DNA from: Tubiluchus corallicola
Lineage: Eukaryota; Animalia; Priapulida
DNA length: 30,935 nucleotides
Direction of reading: 5' to 3'
Assembly: GCA_030141605.1 (NCBI GenBank)
Contig: JAQGDQ010002452.1
Coordinates: 1 to 30,935, forward strand
Positions 11,730 to 21,458 of the stretch are shown in pieces (position 1 is the stretch's first letter; each line of letters begins with the position of its first letter). Below the pieces are notes generated by a model. That model saw only the letters and a program-made list of their open reading frames with translations. It did not search any database and had not been told where the DNA came from. The translations under genes were made by a program, and so were the position numbers.

Positions 11730-11758
11730 TTGCAAATAATTAAAAATGCTAGTATACT
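11730..11758 (+). promoter_or_regulatory. Putative promoter of permease-glyA-sfsA operon
   Basis: TTGCAA-N17-TATACT, 50 nt upstream of the ATG. Confidence 0.6.
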
Positions 11759-11783
11759 AATCTAAGGATATTATATATTTCCA

Positions 11784-11792
11784 TTATCCACA
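11784..11792 (+). promoter_or_regulatory. Perfect DnaA-box sequence
   Basis: TTATCCACA just upstream of the GGAGGAG RBS. Single copy, function unproven. Confidence 0.35.
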
Positions 11793-11808
11793 AACTGGAG
11801 GAGTAAAA

Positions 11809-13692
11809 ATGAATTTAAGTAAAGATTTGAAAACGATTGATGTTTACAGTATTGCTTCTGGAGCAATGATTAGCTCAGGAATATTTATTTTACCTTCTCT
11901 TGCCTACTTAGAAGGTGGCCCATCTATTATAATTAGCTATTTCTTAGGAGGGTTATTTGCTCTAATTGGTATACTTGGAGTTATTGAGCTTACAACTGCA
12001 ATGCCAAAAGCAGGTGGAGATTACTTTTTTATAACAAGAGCTCTGGGGCCATTGATTGGTACAGTTTCTGGGATACTTAGTTGGATAGCTATTTCGTTGA
12101 AAACAGCATTTGCTATATATGGAATAGGAGCTTTTATTGCAGATATATTTTTCCAATCATTTGACTTAAGGTTGATACACATAATTTCAATTATAGTAAC
12201 TATATTTTTTGTAATACTTAATTTAAAAGGTGTAGATATTGCTAGTAAATTTGAGACAACAATAGTTATGTTTTTAATCTTTATAATGATAACATACATT
12301 GTGAAAGGTTTGTTTTCTATAGACCTAGATAACTATACACCATTTATACATCATTACTCAGAAGTGATTCCGTTAAAATCAAGGGAAGGGATTTTTGCAA
12401 TATTTACAACAACTGCTTTCATTTTTGTGTCCTTTGGAGGATTATTAAAGGTTGCAACTATTTCTGAAGAAGTAAAAAAACCTAAAAAAAGCGTTCCTGC
12501 TGGTATACTTTTATCAATCACTTCAATAACAATTATATATACACTTATGATTTTTGTTACTGTTGGAAATATAGATGCTGAATCGTTAATAAACTCAAGT
12601 ACTCCTATATCAGATACTGCAAGAAATTTTCTTGGAACCTTTGGTTTTGTTTTGGTAAGTATAGGAGCAATGTTAGCTTTTATTTCTACAGCAAATGCAG
12701 GTATTATGTCTGCTTCGAGATATCCGCTAGCTTTAAGTAGAGACCGTTTAATTCCTCGTAGGTTTAGCTCTGTTGCTAAAAAGCAGCAGACCCCAACTTT
12801 AGCTATTATAGTAACAGGGATTATAATATGTATATCAATGGCCCTTTCAATTGAAAACCTTGCAAAGTATGCTTCAACTGTTATTTTAATGACATACATA
12901 CTTACAAATATATCTATAATTATTATTAGGGAAAGCAATGTAATACACTATAAACCAACATTTAAAGTACCTTTATATCCATTACCTCAGTTAGTATCTA
13001 TAGTTATATTTTCGTTTTTTATTTATAAACTAGGCTATAAATCAATAGAGCTTGCAGGAATTATTATCTTAATAAGCTTAATAGTATACTTTATATATGG
13101 TAGAAAGAGATCTGTAAAAGAATCAGCTCTTTTACATTTAATTCTTAGAATAACTAAAAATATAAACTTAGAGCATACACTAGAAGGTGAACTTAGAGAT
13201 ATTATAAAAGAAAGGGATAATATAAAAACAGATGCTTTTGACAACATTATAAAAGAAGCACTAATATTAGATATAGATAAAAGGGTTAGCTTAGATGAGC
13301 TTTTCAAATTAGAGGCTGAGAGTATTTCAGAAAACTTAGGAGTTCCAGAGGATACTTTAATTAAATTGTTTCACGAAAGAGAAAAAGAAAGTACAACGGC
13401 TGTAACTGACTTCACAGCTATTCCTCATATTATTTTAGATAAAAAGAACCTTTTTTATATGGTAGTTGTAAGATGTAAGGAAGGGATAGAGTTTTGTGAA
13501 GAAAGGAAAAATATAAAAGCTATATTTCTTTTTATAAGTAGTAAAAACTTAATAAAAACACATTTAAAAACTCTTGCGTCTATAGCTTCGTTAACTAGAG
13601 AAGAAGATTTTGAAAAAAGATGGCTTGAGGCAAAAAATGAAAACTATATTAGAGATATGATACTTCTTAGCGAAAGAAAAAGGTATGATTAA
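11809..13692 (+). CDS. APC-superfamily amino acid permease with C-terminal PTS EIIA (EIIA_2, Fru/Ntr-type) domain
   Basis: TM1 [38 protein letters not shown] and about 12 hydrophobic segments. C-terminus has REKESTT..FTAIPH and [11 protein letters not shown]. Confidence 0.88.
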   Translation: MNLSKDLKTIDVYSIASGAMISSGIFILPSLAYLEGGPSIIISYFLGGLFALIGILGVIELTTAMPKAGGDYFFITRALGPLIGTVSGILSWIAISLKTAFAIYGIGAFIADIFFQSFDLRLIHIISIIVTIFFVILNLKGVDIASKFETTIVMFLIFIMITYIVKGLFSIDLDNYTPFIHHYSEVIPLKSREGIFAIFTTTAFIFVSFGGLLKVATISEEVKKPKKSVPAGILLSITSITIIYTLMIFVTVGNIDAESLINSSTPISDTARNFLGTFGFVLVSIGAMLAFISTANAGIMSASRYPLALSRDRLIPRRFSSVAKKQQTPTLAIIVTGIIICISMALSIENLAKYASTVILMTYILTNISIIIIRESNVIHYKPTFKVPLYPLPQLVSIVIFSFFIYKLGYKSIELAGIIILISLIVYFIYGRKRSVKESALLHLILRITKNINLEHTLEGELRDIIKERDNIKTDAFDNIIKEALILDIDKRVSLDELFKLEAESISENLGVPEDTLIKLFHEREKESTTAVTDFTAIPHIILDKKNLFYMVVVRCKEGIEFCEERKNIKAIFLFISSKNLIKTHLKTLASIASLTREEDFEKRWLEAKNENYIRDMILLSERKRYD

Positions 13693-13705
13693 AATAGGAG
13701 GGGAG

Positions 13706-14950
13706 ATGAACTTAGATAATATAAAGAATGTGGATGCAGAAATATATGGGGAAATATTAAATGAGAAAAATAGACAAGAAGAGGGTATAGAATTAATTGC
13801 ATCTGAGAATTTTGTATCAAAGGCAATTCTTGAAGCAGCAGGGAGTGTATTGACAAATAAATATGCAGAAGGATATCCTAATAAAAGATATTATGGAGGG
13901 TGTAAGTATGTTGATGCTGTAGAAAATATAGCTATAGATAGGTTAAAAGAAATATTTAAATGTAAGTATGCAAATGTTCAACCTCACTCAGGTTCACAAG
14001 CAAACTATGCTGTATATACTTCTCTGATAAGACCAGGGGATACGATTATGGGGATGAAGCTTGACCAAGGAGGGCATTTAACACATGGATTAAGTGTAAA
14101 TTTTTCTGGGAAATTATATAATGTTGTTTCATATGGCGTGAATAAAGAAGACGAAAAGATAGATTTCAATGAAGTAAGGGAAATAGCACTAAAAAGTAGG
14201 CCTAAAATTATTATTGCAGGTGCTAGTGCGTACTCAAGAACTATTGACTTTGAAAAATTTAGAAAGATATCTGATGAAGTAGGAGCGTATTTATTTGTTG
14301 ATATGGCTCATATTGCAGGTTTAGTTGCTGCCGGACTACATCCTAGCCCGTTTCCACATGCTCATGTAGTAACTAGTACAACCCATAAAACCTTAAGAGG
14401 ACCTAGGGGAGGGGTAATACTTGCTAATGATGAAGAGGTTGCTAAAAAGGTAAACAAGGCTATATTTCCTGGATCACAAGGAGGGCCATTAATGCATATA
14501 ATTGCAGCAAAAGCCATTGCTTTTAAAGAGGTTCTTTCTAAAGACTTTGTAATATATCAAAAGCAAGTGATAAAAAATGCCAAAACATTAGCTAAATCAC
14601 TGGAAGATGATGGACTTAGAATAGTTAGTGGAGGAACAGATAATCATTTACTACTAGTTGACTTAACCTCAAAAAACATAACAGGAAAAGTAGCTGAGAA
14701 ATCTCTTGAAAATGTGAAGATAACAGTAAATAAAAATACTATTCCATTTGATAAAGAAAGTCCATTTATAACAAGTGGAATCAGACTAGGAACTCCTGCA
14801 GTGACAACTAGAGGTATGAAGGAATTTGAAATGATGAAAATTGCTAAATTAATTATAGAAACAATAGACAATATAGATAGCGAAAAAAAATTAAAGGAGA
14901 TAAAACAAGAAGTTACTAATTTAACAAAAAAATTTCCATTATATGGATAA
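13706..14950 (+). CDS. glyA: Serine hydroxymethyltransferase
   Basis: [27 protein letters not shown] and [15 protein letters not shown] lysine. True start is likely ATG 13706 after GGAGGGGAG. Confidence 0.98.
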   Translation: MNLDNIKNVDAEIYGEILNEKNRQEEGIELIASENFVSKAILEAAGSVLTNKYAEGYPNKRYYGGCKYVDAVENIAIDRLKEIFKCKYANVQPHSGSQANYAVYTSLIRPGDTIMGMKLDQGGHLTHGLSVNFSGKLYNVVSYGVNKEDEKIDFNEVREIALKSRPKIIIAGASAYSRTIDFEKFRKISDEVGAYLFVDMAHIAGLVAAGLHPSPFPHAHVVTSTTHKTLRGPRGGVILANDEEVAKKVNKAIFPGSQGGPLMHIIAAKAIAFKEVLSKDFVIYQKQVIKNAKTLAKSLEDDGLRIVSGGTDNHLLLVDLTSKNITGKVAEKSLENVKITVNKNTIPFDKESPFITSGIRLGTPAVTTRGMKEFEMMKIAKLIIETIDNIDSEKKLKEIKQEVTNLTKKFPLYG

Positions 14951-14963
14951 ATAAGGAAATACT

Positions 14964-15668
14964 ATGAAAAAACTAATTGAAATAAAAATAGATGAAGTTG
15001 GTACTTTTCTTGAGAGGCCAAACAGGTTTATAAGTAAAGTAAAATTAAAAAATGGTAATGTAGAGCTAGTACATGTACATGATTCAGGGAGAATTAAAGA
15101 ATTACTATATGAGGGAAATAAAGTTTTTATTAAGCAAAATATAAAGAAAACTAGGAAAACTAAATGGGACCTAATAGGAGCTAGAGCTGAAGATGGAGAA
15201 ATAATACTTCTTAATTCTGCATATCATAGGAGAATAGCTGATAAGATTTTTAATGATTTTTTAATTAGCCCTTTTGGAAAGGTAGATTCTATAAAGGCAG
15301 AAGTAAAATATAAGAATAGTAGACTTGACTATTTAGTTGAAAAACCTAATGAAAAAATATGGGTTGAAACAAAAGGAGTTTCTCTTAGTGTGGAAAAATT
15401 GGCTATGTTTCCAGATGCACCAACTATAAGGGGTCAAAAACATTTGAAAGAGCTCATTGAATTGAAAAAAAGAGGAGAAAGAGCAGCTGTAGTATTCTTG
15501 GTATTTAGAGATTCCAATAAATTTAGGCCTAAATGGGAAACAGATATTAAGTTTTCTGAATTATTTTATGAGGCTATAGATAAAGGAGTTGAAGTATATC
15601 CTATCCAGTTATATTATGATGGTCAATACATATATTATAAAAAGATAATAGATATTGAGTTTAATTAA
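14964..15668 (+). CDS. sfsA: DNA/RNA nuclease SfsA (sugar fermentation stimulation protein)
   Basis: FLERPNRF, HVHDSGRIKEL, SRLDY..WVETKGVSL and FPDAPTIRGQKHLKEL. Confidence 0.95.
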   Translation: MKKLIEIKIDEVGTFLERPNRFISKVKLKNGNVELVHVHDSGRIKELLYEGNKVFIKQNIKKTRKTKWDLIGARAEDGEIILLNSAYHRRIADKIFNDFLISPFGKVDSIKAEVKYKNSRLDYLVEKPNEKIWVETKGVSLSVEKLAMFPDAPTIRGQKHLKELIELKKRGERAAVVFLVFRDSNKFRPKWETDIKFSELFYEAIDKGVEVYPIQLYYDGQYIYYKKIIDIEFN

Positions 15669-15676
15669 GGAGATTA

Positions 15677-16270
15677 ATGATGTCATTACTAAAATTGGTT
15701 GGAACAATAGTTATTGGAGCTCTAGGGGTTGAATATTATAAAAAACATAAAGTTGATATTTTAAAAAAAGGAAATAAGCTCAAAAATGATTTAATGGAAA
15801 AGTATGGAGAAGACAAGAATAAAATACTACAGGATGTAAAACATAAGATTGAAAATATTTTTGGGGAAGGAAAAAATAAAAGATCTATTGAAAACTTAGA
15901 TGAAGATATACAAAAAGCGATGAATAAAATAGTTCTTATTGAAGACAAAGAAAATTTCTTAAAAGCTATATTCGCAATGGGAATATCTGCTGCAAATAGT
16001 GATGGTAATTTTGAAGATAAGGAAAAAGAAGAGCTAGAAGAATTTTTTAGAGCTGTTAGTAAGGATGTAAACCTATCGATTTTAATTGATATAGAAAAAT
16101 TTTATAAAAACCCGCCTTCTTTTGATGAGGCAATTGTATATGTAAAAGATGTGGAAAAAGAAAATTTATGGATTATAACAACAATAATAAAATCTATTTT
16201 AGTATCAAATGGCAATATAAGTGAAAGGGAAAGAGAATTTATCAACCTTTGGGAAAGTCATATTATGTAA
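15677..16270 (+). CDS. TerB-like (tellurite resistance / DUF533-like) domain protein with N-terminal membrane anchor
   Basis: N-terminal hydrophobic helix, AMGISAANSDGNFEDKEKEEL and ILVSNGNISEREREFI duplicated A.sDG...E motifs typical of the TerB fold. Confidence 0.7.
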   Translation: MMSLLKLVGTIVIGALGVEYYKKHKVDILKKGNKLKNDLMEKYGEDKNKILQDVKHKIENIFGEGKNKRSIENLDEDIQKAMNKIVLIEDKENFLKAIFAMGISAANSDGNFEDKEKEELEEFFRAVSKDVNLSILIDIEKFYKNPPSFDEAIVYVKDVEKENLWIITTIIKSILVSNGNISEREREFINLWESHIM

Positions 16271-16293
16271 AGTAGGATAAGCCTACTTTTTTT
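16268..16293 (+). terminator. Intrinsic terminator
   Basis: AAAGTAGG-ATAAG-CCTAC followed by T7, overlapping the stop codon. Confidence 0.8.
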
Positions 16294-16384
16294 CTTATTA
16301 TTTGCTATTATTTGTAGTAAAGTATGATATCTTGTAAATCATGTGAAAATATGTTATTATTTTTGATATATGGAGGAGCTGCTT

Positions 16385-17494
16385 GTGGCATTTAATATAT
16401 TTAAAAGAAAGAAAAAAAATGATGAGCTTGAAAAAGAGAATAGCCTCTCTTCAAGTGAAGTAAAAAAAGAAGAGACTGAAACTGAAAATGAGGCAGCTAG
16501 TTGCAATAAAAATATGAACGCTGAGGAAGTAGAGAAAGTAAATAAAGAAGAAAACGAAATAATACTTGAAAATATAAAAAATCAACCTTTTGTTTTTTCC
16601 TTGAGAGAGAAACTTAGTAAAAATAGACAAGGATTTTTTGGTAATATTAAGAATTTTTTTACAGGAAAAACAGTAATAGATGATGAACTTTTTGAAGAAC
16701 TTGAGGAAATACTTATACAATCAGATATAGGTATGGACATAACAATTAAAATAATAGAAAACTTAGAAAAAGAAGTGAAAAAAAGAAAGATAAAAGATGC
16801 TGACGAAGTGTATAAAGTTTTAAAAGAAGTAATGAGAGGGTTTTTAGTTGAGGAAAATAATGATTTAAAAGTAGGTGATCCAAATCTTAATGTAGTTCTT
16901 ATAGTTGGAGTAAATGGTGCTGGAAAGACTACAACTATTGGTAAAATTGCATCAAAATTAAGTAAACAGGGAAAAAAAGTACTAATAGGAGCAGCAGATA
17001 CTTTTAGAGCTGCTGCAATAGAGCAACTTGAGGAGTGGGCAAACAGGTCTCAAAGTGATATAATAAAACATTCTCATGGAAGTGATCCAGGAGCTGTAGT
17101 CTTTGACACATTACAAGCTGCCAAAAACAGAAATTATGATGTAGCTATTATTGACACAGCTGGAAGACTACATAACAAAACAAATTTAATGAAAGAGTTA
17201 TCTAAAATAAATAAAATAATAAAAAATCATTTAAATGGGAAGTCATATGAATCTATTCTTGTTATAGACGGGACTACTGGACAAAATGGACTGACTCAAG
17301 CAACAGTCTTTGACGAAGTAACTGAGTTATCAGGTTTCATAGTAACAAAACTAGATGGTACCTATAAAGGTGGTATTTTATTCTCTGTTTCTGAAAAAAT
17401 AAAAAAACCTATTAAGTACATTGGTGTAGGAGAAAATGTAGATGATTTAAGAGAATTTGATGCTGAAGAATATATAGATGCTATTTTTAGTTAA
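16385..17494 (+). CDS. ftsY: Signal recognition particle receptor FtsY
   Basis: GVNGAGKTTTIGK, DTFRAAA, DTAGR and TKLDG motifs with an acidic N-terminus. Likely GTG start at 16385 after GGAGGAG. Confidence 0.96.
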   Translation: MAFNIFKRKKKNDELEKENSLSSSEVKKEETETENEAASCNKNMNAEEVEKVNKEENEIILENIKNQPFVFSLREKLSKNRQGFFGNIKNFFTGKTVIDDELFEELEEILIQSDIGMDITIKIIENLEKEVKKRKIKDADEVYKVLKEVMRGFLVEENNDLKVGDPNLNVVLIVGVNGAGKTTTIGKIASKLSKQGKKVLIGAADTFRAAAIEQLEEWANRSQSDIIKHSHGSDPGAVVFDTLQAAKNRNYDVAIIDTAGRLHNKTNLMKELSKINKIIKNHLNGKSYESILVIDGTTGQNGLTQATVFDEVTELSGFIVTKLDGTYKGGILFSVSEKIKKPIKYIGVGENVDDLREFDAEEYIDAIFS

Positions 17495-17521
17495 AATATA
17501 ATAAAAATGGAGGATTGATTA

Positions 17522-18520
17522 ATGAATTTTATGCAAAAGATTATAAGTAAAGCTCAACGTGATGTTAAAACTATAGTTCTTCCTGAAGCTAAAGATGAAA
17601 GGATAATAAGAGCAGCTGAAAAAATTGTAAATGAAAAAATTGCAAAAGTTATATTGATTGGAAATGTTAGCAGTGTCAAAGAAGATGCAACTAAATATGG
17701 AGTTAGCTTAGATAATGTTGAAATAATAGATCCAAAGACATATGAAAACTTAGAGGAGTTTGTAAGTACTTATGTTGAATTAAGATCTAAAAAAGGGATT
17801 ACCTATGAAGAAGCGAAGAAGGTGATGACTGAAAATGAAAGGTTTTTTGGAGCAATGCTTGTAAAAAAAGGAATTGCTCATGGAATGGTATCAGGTTCTC
17901 TTACACCAACTGCAGATACATTAAGAGCTGCTCTAAGAATAATAGGCCTAAAAAAAGGAATAAACACCCTTTCTTCAACAATGTTACTTGAAACAAATAG
18001 TGATTACGGAGATAACGGAGTTTTACTATTTGGAGACTGTGCAGTTTTGCCAGAGCCAACATCTGAGCAGCTTGCTGATATAGCAATAGCATCAGCAGAA
18101 AATGCAAAGTCATTAATAAACATAGAAAAACCAAAAGTAGCTCTTTTATCTTTTTCGACAAAAGGGAGTGCAGATCATCCGAGTGTAGATATTGTGAGAA
18201 AAGCTGTGGAAATATTAAATGCCAAAACTCTTGATTTTGATGTAGATGGAGAGATGCAATCTGATGCTGCAATTGTGGAGGCTGTTGGAAAGAAAAAAGC
18301 TCCAAATTCTAGTGTTGCAGGAAAAGCAAATGTCTTAGTTTTTCCTAACTTAGCATCTGGAAATATTGGATATAAACTTGTTCAGAGGTTTGCAAAAGCT
18401 AAAGCTATAGGTCCGGTTTTACAAGGTATAAATGCCCCTATAAATGACTTATCAAGAGGGTGTAGTGTAGATGATATAGCGAATTTAACTGCAATAACTG
18501 CTGTTCAATCTCAAGGTTAA
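17522..18520 (+). CDS. pta: Phosphate acetyltransferase
   Basis: IVLPE..DERI, LSFSTKGSA, DGEMQSDAA, NIGYKL and NDLSRGC. Confidence 0.97.
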   Translation: MNFMQKIISKAQRDVKTIVLPEAKDERIIRAAEKIVNEKIAKVILIGNVSSVKEDATKYGVSLDNVEIIDPKTYENLEEFVSTYVELRSKKGITYEEAKKVMTENERFFGAMLVKKGIAHGMVSGSLTPTADTLRAALRIIGLKKGINTLSSTMLLETNSDYGDNGVLLFGDCAVLPEPTSEQLADIAIASAENAKSLINIEKPKVALLSFSTKGSADHPSVDIVRKAVEILNAKTLDFDVDGEMQSDAAIVEAVGKKKAPNSSVAGKANVLVFPNLASGNIGYKLVQRFAKAKAIGPVLQGINAPINDLSRGCSVDDIANLTAITAVQSQG

Positions 18521-18561
18521 CAAGGTTAAGTAGATAAAATCATATAAGGAGGTTTTTCTAA

Positions 18562-19766
18562 ATGAAAATATTAGTACTAAATTGTGGCAGCTCTTCATTA
18601 AAATATCAATTAATAAACCCTAAAAGTGAAGAAGTTTTTGCAATAGGTAATTGTGAGAGAATAGGCTTAAATGATTCATCAATGAGTTATAAAGCTCCTA
18701 TAAGAGGTGTTGAAATAGCAAAAAAACATAGTATGCCAACTCACAAAGAAGCTTTAGAGCTTTTAATTTCAACTTTAACTGACTCAGAAGTAGGAGTAAT
18801 AAACTCTACAGATGAAATAGAAGCTATAGGACATAGAGTTGTCCATGGAGGAGAAGAGTTTAATGGTTCAGTTTATATAAATGATGATGTTATAGACGCG
18901 CTAGTAAGAAATAGTGAGTTAGCTCCTCTTCATAATCCTGCTAATCTAATTGGTATAAGAACATGTAAAAAAATTATGCCTGAAAAGCCAAATGTAGGGG
19001 TATTTGACACAGCTTTTCATTCAACTTTGCCACCAAAAGCCTTTATGTATGCTCTTCCATATGAAGATTATAGTGAGCTAAAAGTTAGAAAATATGGGTT
19101 TCATGGGACATCACACAAGTTTGTTTCAGGAATTGGAAATGAAATATTAGGTAACCCTTCAAATTCAAAAATAATAGTATGCCACTTAGGGAATGGAGCA
19201 AGTATTTCAGCAGTAAAAAATGGGACTTCTATAGAAACGTCAATGGGGCTTACTCCTCTTCAAGGACTTATGATGGGAACAAGGTCAGGAGATATGGATC
19301 CTGCAGCAGTACTATATATAATGGATAAAAGAGGTCTTAGTGCAAAAGAAATGGATACTAGAATGAATAAAAAATCTGGTGTTTTAGGAATTTATGGAAA
19401 ATCTTCAGATTTTAGAGACTTAGAAGATTCTGTTGATGAAGGAGATGAAAAAGCAAAGTTGGCTCTTGAAATGTTTTGCTACAGGGTTAGATCTTATATT
19501 GGGTCCTATGCTACATCTATGGGTGGAGTTGATATGATTTGCTTTACTGGTGGGATTGGTGAAAACTCAAGTACAGTTAGAAAAATGATCCTTGAAAACT
19601 TAGAATTTATGGGTGTTTGTTTAAATGAAGATGTTAACAATGTAAGGCAAAAAGGGATAGTTGAGCTTTCTAGTGAAAGTAGTAAAGTAAAAGTATATAA
19701 AATACCAACTAATGAAGAACTTGTTATTCAAGAGACACACTTGATATTATTTCAAAAATGAAATAG
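18562..19766 (+). CDS. ackA: Acetate kinase (1-nt frameshift near C-terminus, probably a sequencing error)
   Basis: LVLNCGSSSLK, GHRVVHGG, APLHNP, YGFHGTSH and IPTNEEL. Inserting G after 19728 restores the conserved EELVIARDT and a stop at 19764-19766. Confidence 0.96.
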
Positions 19767-19796
19767 TGAAATGTTTAATTATGACTTATTAATGAA

Positions 19797-19836
19797 AAGT
19801 TTCAGTATTATACCTATGCTGAAACTTCTTTATTTT
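19797..19836 (+). terminator. Intrinsic terminator after pta-ackA
   Basis: AAGTTTCAGTAT...ATGCTGAAACTT stem followed by CTTTATTTT. Confidence 0.75.
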
Positions 19837-19988
19837 ATATAGATTATTTGAAAAATATATTAGTAAAATTAAAAAGATGAGATGATATAAATAATATATT
19901 TTATATAAAAAATAAAAAAAAGATAACGAAGAGTAGCATTATACTAGATTAATTTTTTTATATAGATAGAGATCACATCTTTATAAAA

Positions 19989-20058
19989 TTATCACTAAAA
20001 AAAATCATTATTCATAAAGAAAATATTTAGTGACAAAATATATTTTTTTTAGTATCAT
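19989..20058 (+). promoter_or_regulatory. Putative terD-operon promoter with overlapping inverted repeat
   Basis: GTGACA(20030)-N17-TATCAT(20053), plus inverted repeat TTATCACTAAA (19989-19999) / TTTAGTGACAA (20026-20036). Confidence 0.5.
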
Positions 20059-20103
20059 GTTAAGGCAGAACATATAAATTTTATGCTAACTTAGGAGGTC
20101 TCT

Positions 20104-20646
20104 ATGTTAAATTTAAAAAAAGAGATAGTATTAAATCAAGGGATTATAAAATTAACATGGGATTTAAAAAATTTTCAAGAAAAAAACTTTTATGATCTTG
20201 ATTTACTACTATTTTTACTAGATCAAAATAACAAAATTCTAGATAATGATCATAAAAATTTAATTTATTTTAATAATAGAGTAAGTTTTGATGAAGGAGT
20301 AAAGCACTTAGGAGAAAAAAATACTGATAGTAGCGAAACAATTAGCATCAATATAGATAAAATTAACAATAATGTAAAAAAAGTAGCACTATGGGTGAAT
20401 ATTTTTGAAGGAGAGAAAAAAGATCAAACTTTTGGACAATTTATTGATATTTCAATTAAAATTATAGAATCTAAAGAAAAAGTAGTTTTAATGGAATATA
20501 ATATTGCTGACAATAAACCTCAGTATAATTCTCTTTTAGTAGGAGAATTAATAAAAAAAGAAGATAGTTGGGTTTATAAAAATATAACAAAAGGTTTTAA
20601 CATGAATATGATTAGTATATGTGGTATATATGGAATAAAAGCTTAA
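20104..20646 (+). CDS. TerD-family stress response protein
   Basis: LTWD...DLDL..FLLD, IYFNN, GVKHLG...ETI, VNIFE...QTFGQ and LLVGEL....W.Y follow the TerD pattern. Confidence 0.85.
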   Translation: MLNLKKEIVLNQGIIKLTWDLKNFQEKNFYDLDLLLFLLDQNNKILDNDHKNLIYFNNRVSFDEGVKHLGEKNTDSSETISINIDKINNNVKKVALWVNIFEGEKKDQTFGQFIDISIKIIESKEKVVLMEYNIADNKPQYNSLLVGELIKKEDSWVYKNITKGFNMNMISICGIYGIKA

Positions 20647-20660
20647 AATAAGGAGGGAAC

Positions 20661-21413
20661 ATGGGTTTTTTTATTAGGTTTATAGTTGTTTTTGGAATTA
20701 TATATATTTTTTTAGATAAAAGGGAGCGTAAAAAAAAGCAAGAGCTTCATGATAAATATGTCTCTAGAAAAGGTAAGTCTCGTAAATCAGATAAATTTCA
20801 AAATACAAAAGGTGAAACTACAGAAGATTCTTTTAGTAAATCTAAAAATTCATTTGAAATAATGCTTGAAGATTTAAGAAAAAAATATACTGTTACTAAT
20901 TATAGAGGTGTTTTAGAAGAAATTTCAAATAGAGCTTCAAATCAGCTTGTTAGAGTAAAAGATAAATACGAAAAGTTTAAAATAATTTTAGACAATAAAT
21001 TATCTAAAAGTGAACTAACATACAGTAAGTTTTTAGCTACAACAGAGCAGGCTTATTATTCTATACTTGATAAATTAGACGAAATAAATGAGAAATTAGC
21101 AGCTGTTGAAAATATAGAATTTAATTATATAGATGAAAGAATACAAACTATAAAAAGTTCAGAGTATTTAAACAAAGAAACTCTAAAAGAACTGTCTTCT
21201 CTAAGAACTAGGAAAAATATGGCAAAAGAAGAAATAAAGAAAATGAATGATATTTTATCTATAAATGAAGATCTTATTACAAAAATAGATGAAATTCGTG
21301 TTCGTTTAGCAAATATAAATACAGGGCAAACAAAATCAGATATGAATTTAAATTATAACAGAAAAGAATTAGAAAAGTTAATAGAAAGAACTTCAGTGTA
21401 TTCAAAAGATTAG
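20661..21413 (+). CDS. Membrane-anchored coiled-coil protein, XpaC-like partner of TelA
   Basis: N-terminal TM helix, helical body (KLSKSELTYSKF) and position directly upstream of telA. The family call rests mainly on context. Confidence 0.55.
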   Translation: MGFFIRFIVVFGIIYIFLDKRERKKKQELHDKYVSRKGKSRKSDKFQNTKGETTEDSFSKSKNSFEIMLEDLRKKYTVTNYRGVLEEISNRASNQLVRVKDKYEKFKIILDNKLSKSELTYSKFLATTEQAYYSILDKLDEINEKLAAVENIEFNYIDERIQTIKSSEYLNKETLKELSSLRTRKNMAKEEIKKMNDILSINEDLITKIDEIRVRLANINTGQTKSDMNLNYNRKELEKLIERTSVYSKD

Positions 21414-21458
21414 TTGATATAAAAAAATAATAAATTAAGAAATAAAAGGAGAGTATTT

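Noticed and set aside
11541-11735. 64-aa ORF in the rel/permease spacer
   Set aside because: TTG start without RBS, AT-rich promoter DNA and no recognisable motif
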